NCBI GenBank assembly: GCA_020636935.1
Contig: JACJWW010000010.1
Coordinates: 10,826-74,825, forward strand
Source of the DNA: Nocardioidaceae bacterium
GTDB taxonomy: Bacteria; Actinomycetota; Actinomycetes; Propionibacteriales; Nocardioidaceae
Length of the DNA: 64,000 nt
Direction of reading: 5' to 3'
The notes below the pieces were generated by a model. That model searched no databases, was not told where the DNA came from, and worked only from the letters and a program-made list of their open reading frames with translations. Below, one piece after another: positions 30,463 to 41,069 of the stretch. The stretch's first letter is position 1, and every line of letters starts with the position of its first letter. The position numbers and the translations under genes were made by a program.

Positions 30463-30822
30463 GTGCCAAGGCAACTCAAACCAGCACCCCCTGAAGACGT
30501 ACGACGCGCGCTTGCGGTGGGCGAGCCGGACGCGGAACGGCTCCTGGTCAAGCACTTCCTGGCGTTGTTGCAGGCAAAGGTGCCGGGCGCCTCGGTTGAG
30601 GTGCGGGTGCCGCCGTACGCCGCGGTGCAGGTGATCGAGGGGGTGCGGCACACCAGGGGTACTCCGCCGGCAGTGATCGAGACCGATGCGAAAACCTGGA
30701 TCGCGCTCAGTACCGGGGCGTTGCAGTGGGTCGAGGCAATCGACCAGGGGTTGGTGCACGCCTCTGGAGAGCGCACGGATCTGAGCGGGTTACTGCCTCT
30801 CGCCAGTCCCGAGGATGCGTGA
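30463..30822 (+). CDS. Actinobacterial sterol-carrier (SCP2-like) family protein
   Basis: SVEVRVPPYAAVQ..G.RHTRGTPP.VIETD..TW, ASGERTDLS; typical neighbour of purL/purF. Confidence 0.8.
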   Translation: MPRQLKPAPPEDVRRALAVGEPDAERLLVKHFLALLQAKVPGASVEVRVPPYAAVQVIEGVRHTRGTPPAVIETDAKTWIALSTGALQWVEAIDQGLVHASGERTDLSGLLPLASPEDA

Positions 30823-30850
30823 ACCATGGCGAACCTGACACCATGGACAT

Positions 30851-32065
30851 GTGCGCCGCATCGTCCAGAGCCAGAAACTGCAAAACGTCCGCTATGACGT
30901 CCGGGGTCCGATCCTGACCGAGGCCAACCGCCTGGAGGCCGAGGGTCACCGCATCCTGAAGCTCAATATTGGCAACACTGCGCCCTTCGGTTTCGAGGCG
31001 CCCGAAGCGATCCTGGCCGACATGATCCATCACCTGCCCGACGCGCAGGGCTACTCCGATTCGCGCGGCATCTATTCGGCCCGCACCGCGGTTTCGCAGT
31101 ACTACCAGTCCCGCGGCCTGAAGGACACCCAGGTCGAGGACGTCTACATCGGCAATGGCGTCTCCGAGCTGATCAGCATGGTGTTGCAGGCCTTCGTCGA
31201 TGATGGCAACGAGATCCTGGTCCCCGCGCCCGATTACCCCCTGTGGACCGGAGCCGTTTCGCTCTCCGGCGGTACGCCGGTGCACTACCGCTGCGATGAG
31301 GACAACGGCTGGAATCCCGACCTGGCCGATATCGAGTCGAGGATCACCGAGAACACCCACGCCCTGGTGATCATCAACCCCAACAACCCCACCGGCGCGG
31401 TCTACAGCGAGGAGATCGTCAAGGGCCTGGTCGACATCGCCCGACGCCACAACCTGGTGATCTTCAGCGATGAGATCTACGAGAAGATCCTGTACGACGA
31501 CGCGCGCCACCACCATGCAGCAACCTACGCCGGGGATGACGTGCTCTGCCTGACCTTCTCCGGGCTCTCCAAGGCCTATCGGGTCTGCGGTTATCGCGCC
31601 GGGTGGGTGATGATCTCCGGGCCCAAGGAGATCGCCAGTGACTTCCTGGAGGGCCTGACCCTGATCGCCAACATGCGGATGTGCTCAAATGTGCCCGCCC
31701 AACATGCGATCCAGACCGCGCTCGGGGGTTACCAGTCGATCGAGGAATTGATCTGTCCCGGTGGGCGCTTCTATGAGCAGATCAAGCTGGCTGACCGACT
31801 GCTCAATGACATCCCCGGGGTCTCCAATGTGACCCCGCAGGGTGCGTTGTACTGCTTTCCGCGGCTCGATCCGGAGGTCTATCCGATCGAGAACGACGAG
31901 GAGTTCGTGCTCGATCTATTGCGCAGCAAGAAACTCCTGGTCACCCACGGCACCGGATTCAACTGGCCCAAACCCGATCACTTCCGGGTCGTCTGCCTGC
32001 CTGATGAGGAGTTGCTGGAGGAGGCCATCGGTCGGATCGCCGACCACCTGGCCACCATGCGCTGA
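30851..32065 (+). CDS. alaA: PLP-dependent aminotransferase, AlaA-type
   Basis: KLQNVRYDVRGP, LKLNIGN, INPNNPTG, SGLSKAYRVCGYRAGW. Confidence 0.85.
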   Translation: MRRIVQSQKLQNVRYDVRGPILTEANRLEAEGHRILKLNIGNTAPFGFEAPEAILADMIHHLPDAQGYSDSRGIYSARTAVSQYYQSRGLKDTQVEDVYIGNGVSELISMVLQAFVDDGNEILVPAPDYPLWTGAVSLSGGTPVHYRCDEDNGWNPDLADIESRITENTHALVIINPNNPTGAVYSEEIVKGLVDIARRHNLVIFSDEIYEKILYDDARHHHAATYAGDDVLCLTFSGLSKAYRVCGYRAGWVMISGPKEIASDFLEGLTLIANMRMCSNVPAQHAIQTALGGYQSIEELICPGGRFYEQIKLADRLLNDIPGVSNVTPQGALYCFPRLDPEVYPIENDEEFVLDLLRSKKLLVTHGTGFNWPKPDHFRVVCLPDEELLEEAIGRIADHLATMR

Positions 32066-32091
32066 CCGGGCTCCCGGCGTAGTCTCCACCC

Positions 32092-33438
32092 ATGGAGACA
32101 AGCGAACTTCGTGAGCGCCTGAATGCGCTGATGCCCGGCGTACGCCGTGACCTGGAGGACCTGGTCCGGATCCAATCGGTTTCTGCTGATCCGCAACGGG
32201 TCGGTGAGGTGCAGCGCAGCGCCGAGGCGGTCGCGGCACTCCTGCGCGCTGAGGGGTTCCAGGACGTACAGGTGGTCACCGCAAACAACGACGGGATCGC
32301 GCCGGCAGTGCTGGGTCGGATCCCGGCCAGGCCGGGTCAGCCGACCGTGCTGCTCTACGCGCACCACGACGTACAACCGGAGAACGACCCGGCTGACTGG
32401 GACTCCCCGCCCTGGGAACCCACCGAGCGAAATGGTCGGCTGTACGGGCGCGGCGCCGCCGACGACAAGGCCGGGATCATGGCCCATCTGGCCGCGATCC
32501 GCACCCTGGGCGAGGACCTTAGAGTCGGTGTCACGGTCTTCATCGAGGGTGAGGAGGAGGTCGCCTCGGCCACCCTGCCGGACCTGCTGGCCCAGCATCG
32601 TGACTACCTGGCCTGCGACACCATCGTGATCGCCGACTCCGGCAACTGGGATATCGGCGTACCTGCCCTGACCACCACCCTGCGCGGGATGATCCGCTGC
32701 GATCTGGAGGTGCGCACCATGACCCACGCGGTGCACTCGGGCATGTGGGGCGGGCTGGTGCCCGATGCGCTGATGACCCTGTCCAGGGTGATCTCCAGCC
32801 TGTACGACGAGCACGGCGGCGTCGCGGTCGCCGGTCTCCACTCGGGGCCGGCAGCGGATGTGGACTATCCAGAGGAAAGGCTGCGGGCGGAGTCCGGGGC
32901 GCTGCCGCAGGTGAAGTGGATCGGGTCGGGCAGCGCGGTTGAGCGGATGTGGACCCAACCGGCGATCACTGTCACCGGCATCGACGCCCCCCGGGTTGAT
33001 GGTGCCAGCAACACCCTGACGCCATCGGCCCGGGCGAAGATCACCATCCGGCTCGCGCCGGGTGACTCAACGGCCAATGCCTTCGCCTGCCTGGAGCGCC
33101 ATCTGGAGCAGCACGTTCCGTTCGGGGCGGCGTACTCCCTGGAGTTGTGTGACAGTGGTGAACCGACCTCGATCGACGCCACTGGGCCCGCCTATGACGC
33201 CGCCCGAGCAGCGTTCACCGAGGCCTGGGATGGCACCGAGCCCATCGATATGGGGGTCGGTGGGTCGATCCCGTTCATTGCGGAGTTCCTGGAGTGCTTC
33301 CCGGGTGCGAGCGTGTTGGTCACCGGCATCGAGGACCCCGACACCCGGGCCCACGGCGCCAACGAGGGGCTGCACCTGGCTGAGTTCGAGCGGGCCTGCC
33401 TGGCCGAGGCGCTGCTGTTGGACAAGTTGGCCAACTGA
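32092..33438 (+). CDS. M20 family dipeptidase
   Basis: YAHHDVQP, GRGAADDK, EGEEE, HGANE. Confidence 0.9.
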   Translation: METSELRERLNALMPGVRRDLEDLVRIQSVSADPQRVGEVQRSAEAVAALLRAEGFQDVQVVTANNDGIAPAVLGRIPARPGQPTVLLYAHHDVQPENDPADWDSPPWEPTERNGRLYGRGAADDKAGIMAHLAAIRTLGEDLRVGVTVFIEGEEEVASATLPDLLAQHRDYLACDTIVIADSGNWDIGVPALTTTLRGMIRCDLEVRTMTHAVHSGMWGGLVPDALMTLSRVISSLYDEHGGVAVAGLHSGPAADVDYPEERLRAESGALPQVKWIGSGSAVERMWTQPAITVTGIDAPRVDGASNTLTPSARAKITIRLAPGDSTANAFACLERHLEQHVPFGAAYSLELCDSGEPTSIDATGPAYDAARAAFTEAWDGTEPIDMGVGGSIPFIAEFLECFPGASVLVTGIEDPDTRAHGANEGLHLAEFERACLAEALLLDKLAN

Positions 33439-33441
33439 CCA

Positions 33442-34536
33442 GTGCAGTGTGACTACTTCGATGCCGGGGTGTGTCGTTCCTGCACCCTGATGGGCACGCC
33501 GTACGCCGAGCAACTCACCGCCCTGAGTGGCCGGACCCGCGAGGTGCTGGGCGAGGTGATCCCCCCGGAGGCCTGGCTGCCCGCAGTGGCAAACACCGAG
33601 TCGGGCTTTCGCAACAAGGCCAAGCTCGTGGTCGGTGGTCGCCGGGGAGCGCCCACGCTGGGCATCCTCGATGGCTCCGGCAACGGGGTGGATCTGCGGC
33701 ACTGTGGCCTCTATGAACCCGGGTTGGCGGAGGCGGTGCTGGCCTTTGCTGATTTCGTCGGCGCCGCCGGGTTCACGCCATACGACGTGGGCACGCGCAG
33801 CGGCGAACTCAAACACCTGATCCTCACCCATTCACCGAACGGCGAACTGATGGCCAGGTTCGTGTTCCGCTCCGAGGGGCAGATCCGCAAACTGGCGGAC
33901 CGGTTGGGGGAGCTCCCGGGGAACACCAGGGTGGTCACGGCCAACCTGCAACCAGAGCACAAGGCGGTGCTTGAGGGCGAACAGGAGCTGGTGTTGTCCG
34001 AGCAGACCCAGCTGCCGATGCCGGTCAACGATGTGGTGTTGCAACTTGGCCCGAGATCCTTCTTCCAGACCAGCACCCCGATGGCTGCTCGGCTCTATGC
34101 GACGGCGCGGGAGTGGGTGGCCGGCATTGAGCCAACCCGGGTGGCCGATCTCTACTGTGGTGTTGGAGGTTTTGCCCACCATCTGGCTGCTCCGGGCCGA
34201 CAGGTGCAGGGGGTGGAGTTGTCGGCAGCAGCGGTGGAAAGTGCCCGTTTGGTGGGGACCCCCGGGGTGAGCTTCGCGGTCGCCGACGCTGATCGGCTCG
34301 AGGTGCCCGAGGCGGACCTGGTGGTGGTGAACCCTCCGCGTCGCGGCATCGGTGAGTTGGCGCAAACCCTTGAGGGCTCCGGAGTGGAGCGGATCCTCTA
34401 CTCCAGCTGCAACCCCCGGTCCCTGGCCGCGGACCTCGCGCGGTTGGCGTCGTACGAGGTGGAAAGGGCGCGACTGTTCGACATGTTCCCCCAGACCGAG
34501 CATGCCGAGGTCCTGGTCTCGCTCAGATTGATTTGA
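33442..34536 (+). CDS. RNA (uracil-5)-methyltransferase, RlmC/TrmA family
   Basis: N-terminal CxxxxxxxCxxC, SFFQT, DLYCGVG, VNPPR, YSSCN, DMFPQT. Confidence 0.88.
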   Translation: MQCDYFDAGVCRSCTLMGTPYAEQLTALSGRTREVLGEVIPPEAWLPAVANTESGFRNKAKLVVGGRRGAPTLGILDGSGNGVDLRHCGLYEPGLAEAVLAFADFVGAAGFTPYDVGTRSGELKHLILTHSPNGELMARFVFRSEGQIRKLADRLGELPGNTRVVTANLQPEHKAVLEGEQELVLSEQTQLPMPVNDVVLQLGPRSFFQTSTPMAARLYATAREWVAGIEPTRVADLYCGVGGFAHHLAAPGRQVQGVELSAAAVESARLVGTPGVSFAVADADRLEVPEADLVVVNPPRRGIGELAQTLEGSGVERILYSSCNPRSLAADLARLASYEVERARLFDMFPQTEHAEVLVSLRLI

Positions 34537-34654
34537 ACCTTCTTCCCTGGGTGGATTAGACCGGAATTTCGAGACTGGTGGAGATGGCGTCACGAAGTCC
34601 TCTTTGGTCGGTTACACCCCCGAGTGACACATTTCCACTAGTTGAGGGGGACCA

Positions 34655-37318
34655 ATGAGCTTCCAGAAATTTAGGTCTGAACACTCCGAGGGGGGTTCAC
34701 GACGAGAGCGCAGCCTGCTGGCCCGGATAGCCGCATTGATCGCCATGATGGCGATGGCGCTGGCACCCGCCCTGGTAGGAGTTTCGGCTTCAGCTGACAC
34801 TGGTGGTTCTGGTGGCGGCGACGGCGGTTCCGGCGGTGGCTCCAGCAGCGGCCGCGAAAAGGTCTACTTGGATGTCTATGACCATGTTTCGGTCGAGGTC
34901 GATCCGATCACCGGGCAGCGGCCCGCGGGACAGGGCTGGGGACAGGACTCGATCGACTTCTTCGTCAATCGGGCCGACACCAGGCTCTCAACCGCTCCTC
35001 GCCAGACTGGCACCGGAAACAATGGTCACGGATCCGGCCGGTGGGAGGGATTCTCCAACTCCCACAAGTTCGGCAATGGGATGACCCTGGTGCAGATGAT
35101 CAATCATCAGTGCACCCAGGCGATCAACGAGGCCGTTGGTCGAAACCCGCAGGCCACCTCAGCCAGGGTGGTCTCCCTGCAATTCTCCTTCTCCGTTGAG
35201 GGGGGAAATATGGGCAATATTTTCAATCCGGATTGGTACTACATCATCACCCCGTCATTCGTGCACTACCCGCACTGGCGCGACACCCTGGATGAGGTGG
35301 GTTCGACCTACACATCCAAGAAGATCGGCACCTGGACCGATGAGAAGGGTGATCTGGTTGCCGACAGTGATGGTGATGGCAACTACACCAATGGTGAATA
35401 CATCAATGCTGCGGAACTGGACCCCTCCGAACAGCCGACTGCGGCCATTCGTGCAGAACTCGATCGCTCTGTTGAAATGGCCTGGGATGCAGCTCAGCCG
35501 AACACTCACAACAGCTCGGCTCGGATGGTTTCCTGCGTGGCGATGAATGACCGTGAGCCCGAGGGACTCATCCCCAACCCGGTGATCGACGTCTCCAAGA
35601 ACGCCGAGGACATCGATGGTGCCTTCGAACGGGAGACGCTGGCTGCTCCCGGGTCGCAGAACGTGAGCGTCACCTTCAGCAATACCGGTGATGAGAATCT
35701 GAAGGACCTGACCTTCGCTGACAACACCACCTCTGGCAATGCCGTCAAGTGGACCTCGGTTACTCTGCCCAACGGGTCAACCGTGGCCGTCGGTGGTGCC
35801 GGCACTCCTGCAGATGTGCAGGCTGCTCTCAGCGGCGTGGTTCTCAACGCTGGTGATCCTGACACCCAAACCCCCGGTGGATCGGTAACCGTCAACGGAA
35901 CCGTCCAAGTGGATGCTGGTGTGTTGCACTCCGATGAGGTCACCGTCACGGGCAAGGGCGTCATCTCTGGTCAGATCGTGACCGACAAGGACGGCACCGA
36001 GTACTTCGCCCCCGAGCCTGAGATTTGTGTTGGTTCGATTGGTGACTTCGTTTGGGAGGACACCAACAAGGACGGGATCCAGGATGCTGGTGAGCCCGGT
36101 GTTGGCAATGTGACCGTGGAGTTACTTGATGAAGAAGGTGATGTGGTGGCTACCACCACTACCGCTGCTGATGGCAGCTACCACTTCAATGAGGTTGCTT
36201 GTGGCACCTACTCGGTTCGGTTCACTGCTCCTTCGGGTTACCAGGGCTTCACTGATCCCAACCAGGGCGATCACGATGGACTTGATTCTGATGCGGACAA
36301 GGACACCGGTGAGACCGCTTCGGTGACCATCGATTCGGAGCATCCGAACAACAACACCCTGGATGCTGGCCTGGTCAAGGAAGAAATCGTTGAGCCGGCT
36401 TGCTTCGGTTCGATCGGTGACTTCGTTTGGGAGGACACCAACAAGAATGGTGTTCAGGATGCTGGTGAGCCCGGTGTTGGCAATGTGACCGTTGAGTTGC
36501 GTGATGAAGAGGGTGCTGTGGTGGCTACTACCACGACCGCTGCTGATGGCAGCTACCACTTCAATGAGGTTGCTTGTGGCACCTACTCGGTTCGGTTCAC
36601 TGCTCCTTCGGGTTACCAGGGCTTCACTGATCCCTACCAGGGCGATCACGATGGACTTGATTCTGATGCAGACAAGGACACCGGTGTGACCGGTTCGGTG
36701 ACCATCGATTCGGAGCATCCGAACAACAACACCCTGGATGCTGGCCTGGTCAAGGAAGAAATCGTTGAGCCGGTTTGCATCGGTTCGATCGGTGACTTCG
36801 TTTGGGAGGACTCCAACAAGAATGGTGTTCAGGATGCTGGTGAGCCCGGTGTTGGCAATGTGACCGTGAAGTTGCTTGATGCTGAGGGTGCTGTGGTGGC
36901 CACCACCACGACCGCTGCTGATGGCAGCTACCACTTCAATGAGGTTGCTTGTGGCACCTACTCGGTGCAGTTCGTTGCCCCTGAGGGTTACCAGGGCTTC
37001 ACTGATCCCAACCAGGGTGTTGATGACAGCGCTGATTCGGATGCAAACAAGGAAACCGGCAAGACTGCTCCGGTGACCATCGATTCGGAGCACCCGAACA
37101 ACAACACCCTGGATGCTGGCCTGGTCAAGACGCAGCAGGTTGAGCCCCCGGTGGTGACCCCTGAGATTCCTTCACAGGTGTTGCCTCCATCGAGGATTCC
37201 CAACAAGCTCCCGTCGACGGGTAGTGAGGTCAGCCCGATCGTTGGGTTGCTGGGTGTCCTCTTGGTCGCTGCCGGCGGCGGCCTGTTGATCCTCAGGAGG
37301 CGCAATCAACTGAACTGA
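34655..37318 (+). CDS. LPXTG-anchored surface protein with three SdrD B-like repeats
   Basis: Signal peptide, unique N-terminal region, 3 x GSIGDFVWED.NK.G.QDAGEPG...DAGL, LPSTG plus TM plus RRR. Confidence 0.9.
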   Translation: MSFQKFRSEHSEGGSRRERSLLARIAALIAMMAMALAPALVGVSASADTGGSGGGDGGSGGGSSSGREKVYLDVYDHVSVEVDPITGQRPAGQGWGQDSIDFFVNRADTRLSTAPRQTGTGNNGHGSGRWEGFSNSHKFGNGMTLVQMINHQCTQAINEAVGRNPQATSARVVSLQFSFSVEGGNMGNIFNPDWYYIITPSFVHYPHWRDTLDEVGSTYTSKKIGTWTDEKGDLVADSDGDGNYTNGEYINAAELDPSEQPTAAIRAELDRSVEMAWDAAQPNTHNSSARMVSCVAMNDREPEGLIPNPVIDVSKNAEDIDGAFERETLAAPGSQNVSVTFSNTGDENLKDLTFADNTTSGNAVKWTSVTLPNGSTVAVGGAGTPADVQAALSGVVLNAGDPDTQTPGGSVTVNGTVQVDAGVLHSDEVTVTGKGVISGQIVTDKDGTEYFAPEPEICVGSIGDFVWEDTNKDGIQDAGEPGVGNVTVELLDEEGDVVATTTTAADGSYHFNEVACGTYSVRFTAPSGYQGFTDPNQGDHDGLDSDADKDTGETASVTIDSEHPNNNTLDAGLVKEEIVEPACFGSIGDFVWEDTNKNGVQDAGEPGVGNVTVELRDEEGAVVATTTTAADGSYHFNEVACGTYSVRFTAPSGYQGFTDPYQGDHDGLDSDADKDTGVTGSVTIDSEHPNNNTLDAGLVKEEIVEPVCIGSIGDFVWEDSNKNGVQDAGEPGVGNVTVKLLDAEGAVVATTTTAADGSYHFNEVACGTYSVQFVAPEGYQGFTDPNQGVDDSADSDANKETGKTAPVTIDSEHPNNNTLDAGLVKTQQVEPPVVTPEIPSQVLPPSRIPNKLPSTGSEVSPIVGLLGVLLVAAGGGLLILRRRNQLN
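36032..37129. repeat. Three near-identical intragenic repeats, 375-bp period
   Basis: Units begin at 36032, 36407 and 36782. Confidence 0.92.
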
Positions 37319-37331
37319 TCAGCATCATGAT

Positions 37332-37369
37332 CAATGTGGGGCGTGCGAGCAATCGTGCGCCCCACATTG
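37332..37369 (+). terminator. Hairpin after adhesin gene
   Basis: caatgtggggcg...cgccccacattg. Confidence 0.65.
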
Positions 37370-37446
37370 CCATTTGTGGGGACCCAGAGGGGCGTCGTCG
37401 GTGGGGAGGATGGCACGGTTCCCATGGATTCCCGTAGCCTCAGCGA

Positions 37447-38238
37447 GTGGACACAGATGAAGTCCTCGAGCTGCTCAAGCGGGTGGCCGCCGAGGTGATC
37501 ACCCCGCGATTCCGGGCGTTGATGGACACCCAGATCAAGGAGAAACGTCCCGGAGACCTGGTCACCGTGGCTGACCACGAAGCCGAGGAACTGATCACTC
37601 AGGCCCTGCTCCAGGCCTATCCGGATGCGGTAGTCCTGGGTGAGGAAGCGCATTCGGCGGATCCCTCTATGATGGGGCGCTTCCGATATGCCGATCATGC
37701 CTTCACTGTGGACCCGGTCGATGGCACCAAGAACTTCGTCAACGGTTCTCCGGATCATGCCGTCATGGTTAGTGAGGTGCGGATGGGAACCACCCAGCGC
37801 GCCTGGATCTGGCAGCCCGAGCACCAGACGTCCTGGACTGCAGAGTTGGGTGCCGGAGTACGCCGCAACGGCGTACTGGTGAACCGTCCCGCAACCGCAG
37901 AACCACCCGTGGGGGCGACCTCAATCTGGTCACGGAGAGGGCGAATTCCCGAAGGTCTGCCTGCCCTGATTGGCAGTTGGATCTGCTGCGGAGTCGATTA
38001 CCCCCACCTGATCGAGGGGGATTGTGACTACCTCGTCTATGGACATACCAATCCCTGGGACCACCTGCCCGGATCGCTGCTGCTCCACGAGGTCGGTGGG
38101 GTCAGCGCCCACCGCGACGGCACGCCGTACGACGCCCGCTCAACCGGCAGGGGGCTGATCGCTGCTGCCGATCCGCAGACCCTGGCTAGAGCAGTGACTG
38201 CCTGCGAACGCATCTGGCCGGATCGCCCCGTAGACTGA
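37447..38238 (+). CDS. Inositol monophosphatase family protein
   Basis: DLVTVAD, LGEE, VDPVDGTKNF, WDHLPG. Confidence 0.9.
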   Translation: MDTDEVLELLKRVAAEVITPRFRALMDTQIKEKRPGDLVTVADHEAEELITQALLQAYPDAVVLGEEAHSADPSMMGRFRYADHAFTVDPVDGTKNFVNGSPDHAVMVSEVRMGTTQRAWIWQPEHQTSWTAELGAGVRRNGVLVNRPATAEPPVGATSIWSRRGRIPEGLPALIGSWICCGVDYPHLIEGDCDYLVYGHTNPWDHLPGSLLLHEVGGVSAHRDGTPYDARSTGRGLIAAADPQTLARAVTACERIWPDRPVD

Positions 38239-38242
38239 CCTG

Positions 38243-39811
38243 GTGCCACACCATGCTCGCCGTCGTGGAGACGGCCGCCTCACGCATGATCTTGACCCAC
38301 AGGACCGCGGACCCCAGGACGCCTGCGGGGTGTTCGGGGTCTGGGCGCCGGGTGAGGACGTCGCCAAGCTGACCTACTACGGCATCTACGCCCTTCAGCA
38401 CCGTGGCCAGGAGTCAGCCGGCATCGCAGTCAGCAATGGCCGTCAGATCCTGGTCTACAAGGACATGGGCCTGGTCTCCCAGGTCTTCGACGAATCCACC
38501 CTGGAGACCCTGCAGGGGTACGTCGCGATCGGCCACGCCCGTTACTCCACCACCGGCGCCAGCACCTGGCACAACGCCCAGCCGACCTTCCGGCCCACCG
38601 CTGATGGTTCGATCGCGCTGGCCCATAACGGCAACCTGATCAACACCCGCGAACTGTTGGAACTGGTCAACGAGTTGCCCAGCGAGCGCGGCGAGCTCGA
38701 CATCCACGCTCGAAACCTGGAGACCAGCACAAATGACACCGCTCTGGTCACCCAACTCCTGGCGCACCACCCCGACATCTCCCTTGAGGAGAAGGCAGTA
38801 GAGGTGCTGCGCAAGGTAAAGGGCGCGTTTTCCTTTGTCTGGATGGACGAAACCACCCTGTACGCCGCCCGCGACCCCCAGGGCATCCGGCCCCTGGTGC
38901 TGGGTCGTCTGGAGCGGGGTTGGGTTGTTGCCAGCGAGACCGCGGCGCTCGACATAGTGGGTGCCTCCTTCATTCGCGAGATCGAACCGGGTGAGTTGAT
39001 CTCAATCGACTACGACGGCCTGCGCAGTCGTCGCTTCGCTGAACCAGCGCCCAAGGGTTGCCTGTTCGAGTTTGTCTACCTGGCCCGCCCTGACACCGTA
39101 ATCTCTGATCAGCGGGTGCACAGCGTCCGAGTCGAGATCGGCCGCCGCCTGGCCCATGACTTCCCGGCTGAGGCCGACCTGGTGATCCCGGTGCCGGAGT
39201 CCGGCACTCCCGCCGCGATCGGATACGCCGAAGCCAGCGGCATCCCCTATGGCACTGGTTTGGTGAAGAACTCCTATGTGGGCCGCACTTTCATCCAACC
39301 CAGCCAGACGATCCGGCAACTAGGCATCAGGTTGAAGCTCAATCCGCTGCGCGATGTGATCGAGGGCAAGCGTCTGGTCGTGGTCGATGATTCGATCGTG
39401 CGGGGCAACACCCAACGGGCGTTGGTGCGGATGCTGCGGGAGGCTGGTGCCCGCGAAGTACATGTGCGCATCTCCAGCCCACCGGTCAAGTGGCCTTGTT
39501 TCTATGGCATCGATTTCGCCACTCGAGCCGAGTTGATCGCCAACGGGTTGAGCACTGAGGAGATCTGCAACTCGATTGGCGCTGATTCCCTGGCCTACAT
39601 CTCTTTGGAGCAGTTGGTGGAGGCAACCGGGGTGGCCCAGCACCAACTCTGCATGGCCTGCTTCACCGGGGAATACCCAATCCCGCTGCCCGAACCCCAG
39701 GACCTGGGCAAACACCTGTTGGAAGCCGAGCCCGAACGCATTCTTGATGTCGATGGCCTGGCAGCCTCGCTCAGCGGCGGCATGGCCGCTGATGCCCTTG
39801 ACCGTCCCTGA
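38243..39811 (+). CDS. purF: Amidophosphoribosyltransferase
   Basis: CGVFG, LQHRGQESAG, GHARYST, VVDDSIVRG. Confidence 0.97.
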   Translation: MPHHARRRGDGRLTHDLDPQDRGPQDACGVFGVWAPGEDVAKLTYYGIYALQHRGQESAGIAVSNGRQILVYKDMGLVSQVFDESTLETLQGYVAIGHARYSTTGASTWHNAQPTFRPTADGSIALAHNGNLINTRELLELVNELPSERGELDIHARNLETSTNDTALVTQLLAHHPDISLEEKAVEVLRKVKGAFSFVWMDETTLYAARDPQGIRPLVLGRLERGWVVASETAALDIVGASFIREIEPGELISIDYDGLRSRRFAEPAPKGCLFEFVYLARPDTVISDQRVHSVRVEIGRRLAHDFPAEADLVIPVPESGTPAAIGYAEASGIPYGTGLVKNSYVGRTFIQPSQTIRQLGIRLKLNPLRDVIEGKRLVVVDDSIVRGNTQRALVRMLREAGAREVHVRISSPPVKWPCFYGIDFATRAELIANGLSTEEICNSIGADSLAYISLEQLVEATGVAQHQLCMACFTGEYPIPLPEPQDLGKHLLEAEPERILDVDGLAASLSGGMAADALDRP

Positions 39812-39829
39812 GTGACCGGAGAAATACAG

Positions 39830-40891
39830 ATGAATGGCGCAACCTACGAGGCTGCTGGCGTATCGATCGAGGCTGGCGACAAGGCCGTTGAGCTGATGAA
39901 GGTCTGGATCGACAAGGCCAAACGGCCCGAGATGATCGGGGGTATCGGGGGCTTTGCCGGGCTATTTGATGCCAGCGCCCTGAAGAATTACCAGCGCCCG
40001 CTGTTGGCCAGTTCTGCAGATGGTGTGGGTACCAAGGTGGCGATTGCCCAGGCCCTGGACAAGCACGACACGATCGGCTTTGACCTGGTCGGGATGCTGG
40101 TTGATGACCTGGTGGTGTGTGGTGCCGAACCCTTGTTCCTGACCGACTACATCGCCACCGGACGCGTCGTACCGGAGCGGATCGCGGCGATCGTCAAGGG
40201 CATCGCTGAGGCCTGTGTGGCGGCTGGCTGTGCGTTGATTGGTGGCGAGACAGCTGAGCACCCCGGACTCCTTGAGCCAGATGAGTACGACGTTGCCGGC
40301 TCGACCACCGGAGTGGTTGAGGCCACTCAAGTGCTGGGGCCGGGGCGAGTCCGCCCGGGTGACGTCGTGATCGCGATGGCTTCGAGCGGACTCCACTCCA
40401 ATGGCTACTCCTTGGTGCGTCACGTCTTGCTCAACGCTGCTCAGATGAGCCTTGATGCCCATGTCGACGAGTTGGGTCGCACTTTGGGTGAGGAGCTCCT
40501 TGAGCCAACGCTGATCTACGCCAAGCCCTGTCTCGACCTGGCCAGACAAACCCAGACCCATGCCATGTCTCACATCACGGGCGGAGGCCTGGCTGCCAAT
40601 CTCGAGCGCGTGATGCCCGTCGAGCTGACGGCGACCATCGACCGGTCGACCTGGCAGTTGCCGCCGGTCTTCGACCTCGTACGCCGCACCGGCGATGTCG
40701 CTACTGCCGACCTGGAGGCCACCCTCAACTGTGGGGTTGGCATGGTGGCCCTGACCGACCAGGCAGATGCTGACAGGGCGGTCGAGACGCTGGCGAGTCA
40801 TGGGGTGCGCGCTTGGGTGGCTGGCGAGGTGGCCACTGCGGCTGCTGAAGACGGCGGCAAGGTGCGTTTGGTTGGCTCCCACGCTGGTTGA
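39830..40891 (+). CDS. purM: AIR synthetase
   Basis: YEAAGVSIEAG, DGVGTK, GGETAEHP, GLHSNGYSL, HITGGG. Confidence 0.97.
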   Translation: MNGATYEAAGVSIEAGDKAVELMKVWIDKAKRPEMIGGIGGFAGLFDASALKNYQRPLLASSADGVGTKVAIAQALDKHDTIGFDLVGMLVDDLVVCGAEPLFLTDYIATGRVVPERIAAIVKGIAEACVAAGCALIGGETAEHPGLLEPDEYDVAGSTTGVVEATQVLGPGRVRPGDVVIAMASSGLHSNGYSLVRHVLLNAAQMSLDAHVDELGRTLGEELLEPTLIYAKPCLDLARQTQTHAMSHITGGGLAANLERVMPVELTATIDRSTWQLPPVFDLVRRTGDVATADLEATLNCGVGMVALTDQADADRAVETLASHGVRAWVAGEVATAAAEDGGKVRLVGSHAG

Positions 40892-41069
40892 GTGGGTGCC
40901 TAGGGGGCGTGGCCCGCATGGGGCGCCGCTTTTAGACACACCGGCATCGGCAAAATGCCGACCTGAGTGTCGCCAAGTTGTTCGACCGGTTAGAGTTGTC
41001 CTCACGAACAGTTGACTACCGACCGGCAGCCATAGAGCGCCGGCCAGACGTGCGAGGGGGTCGACCCAT

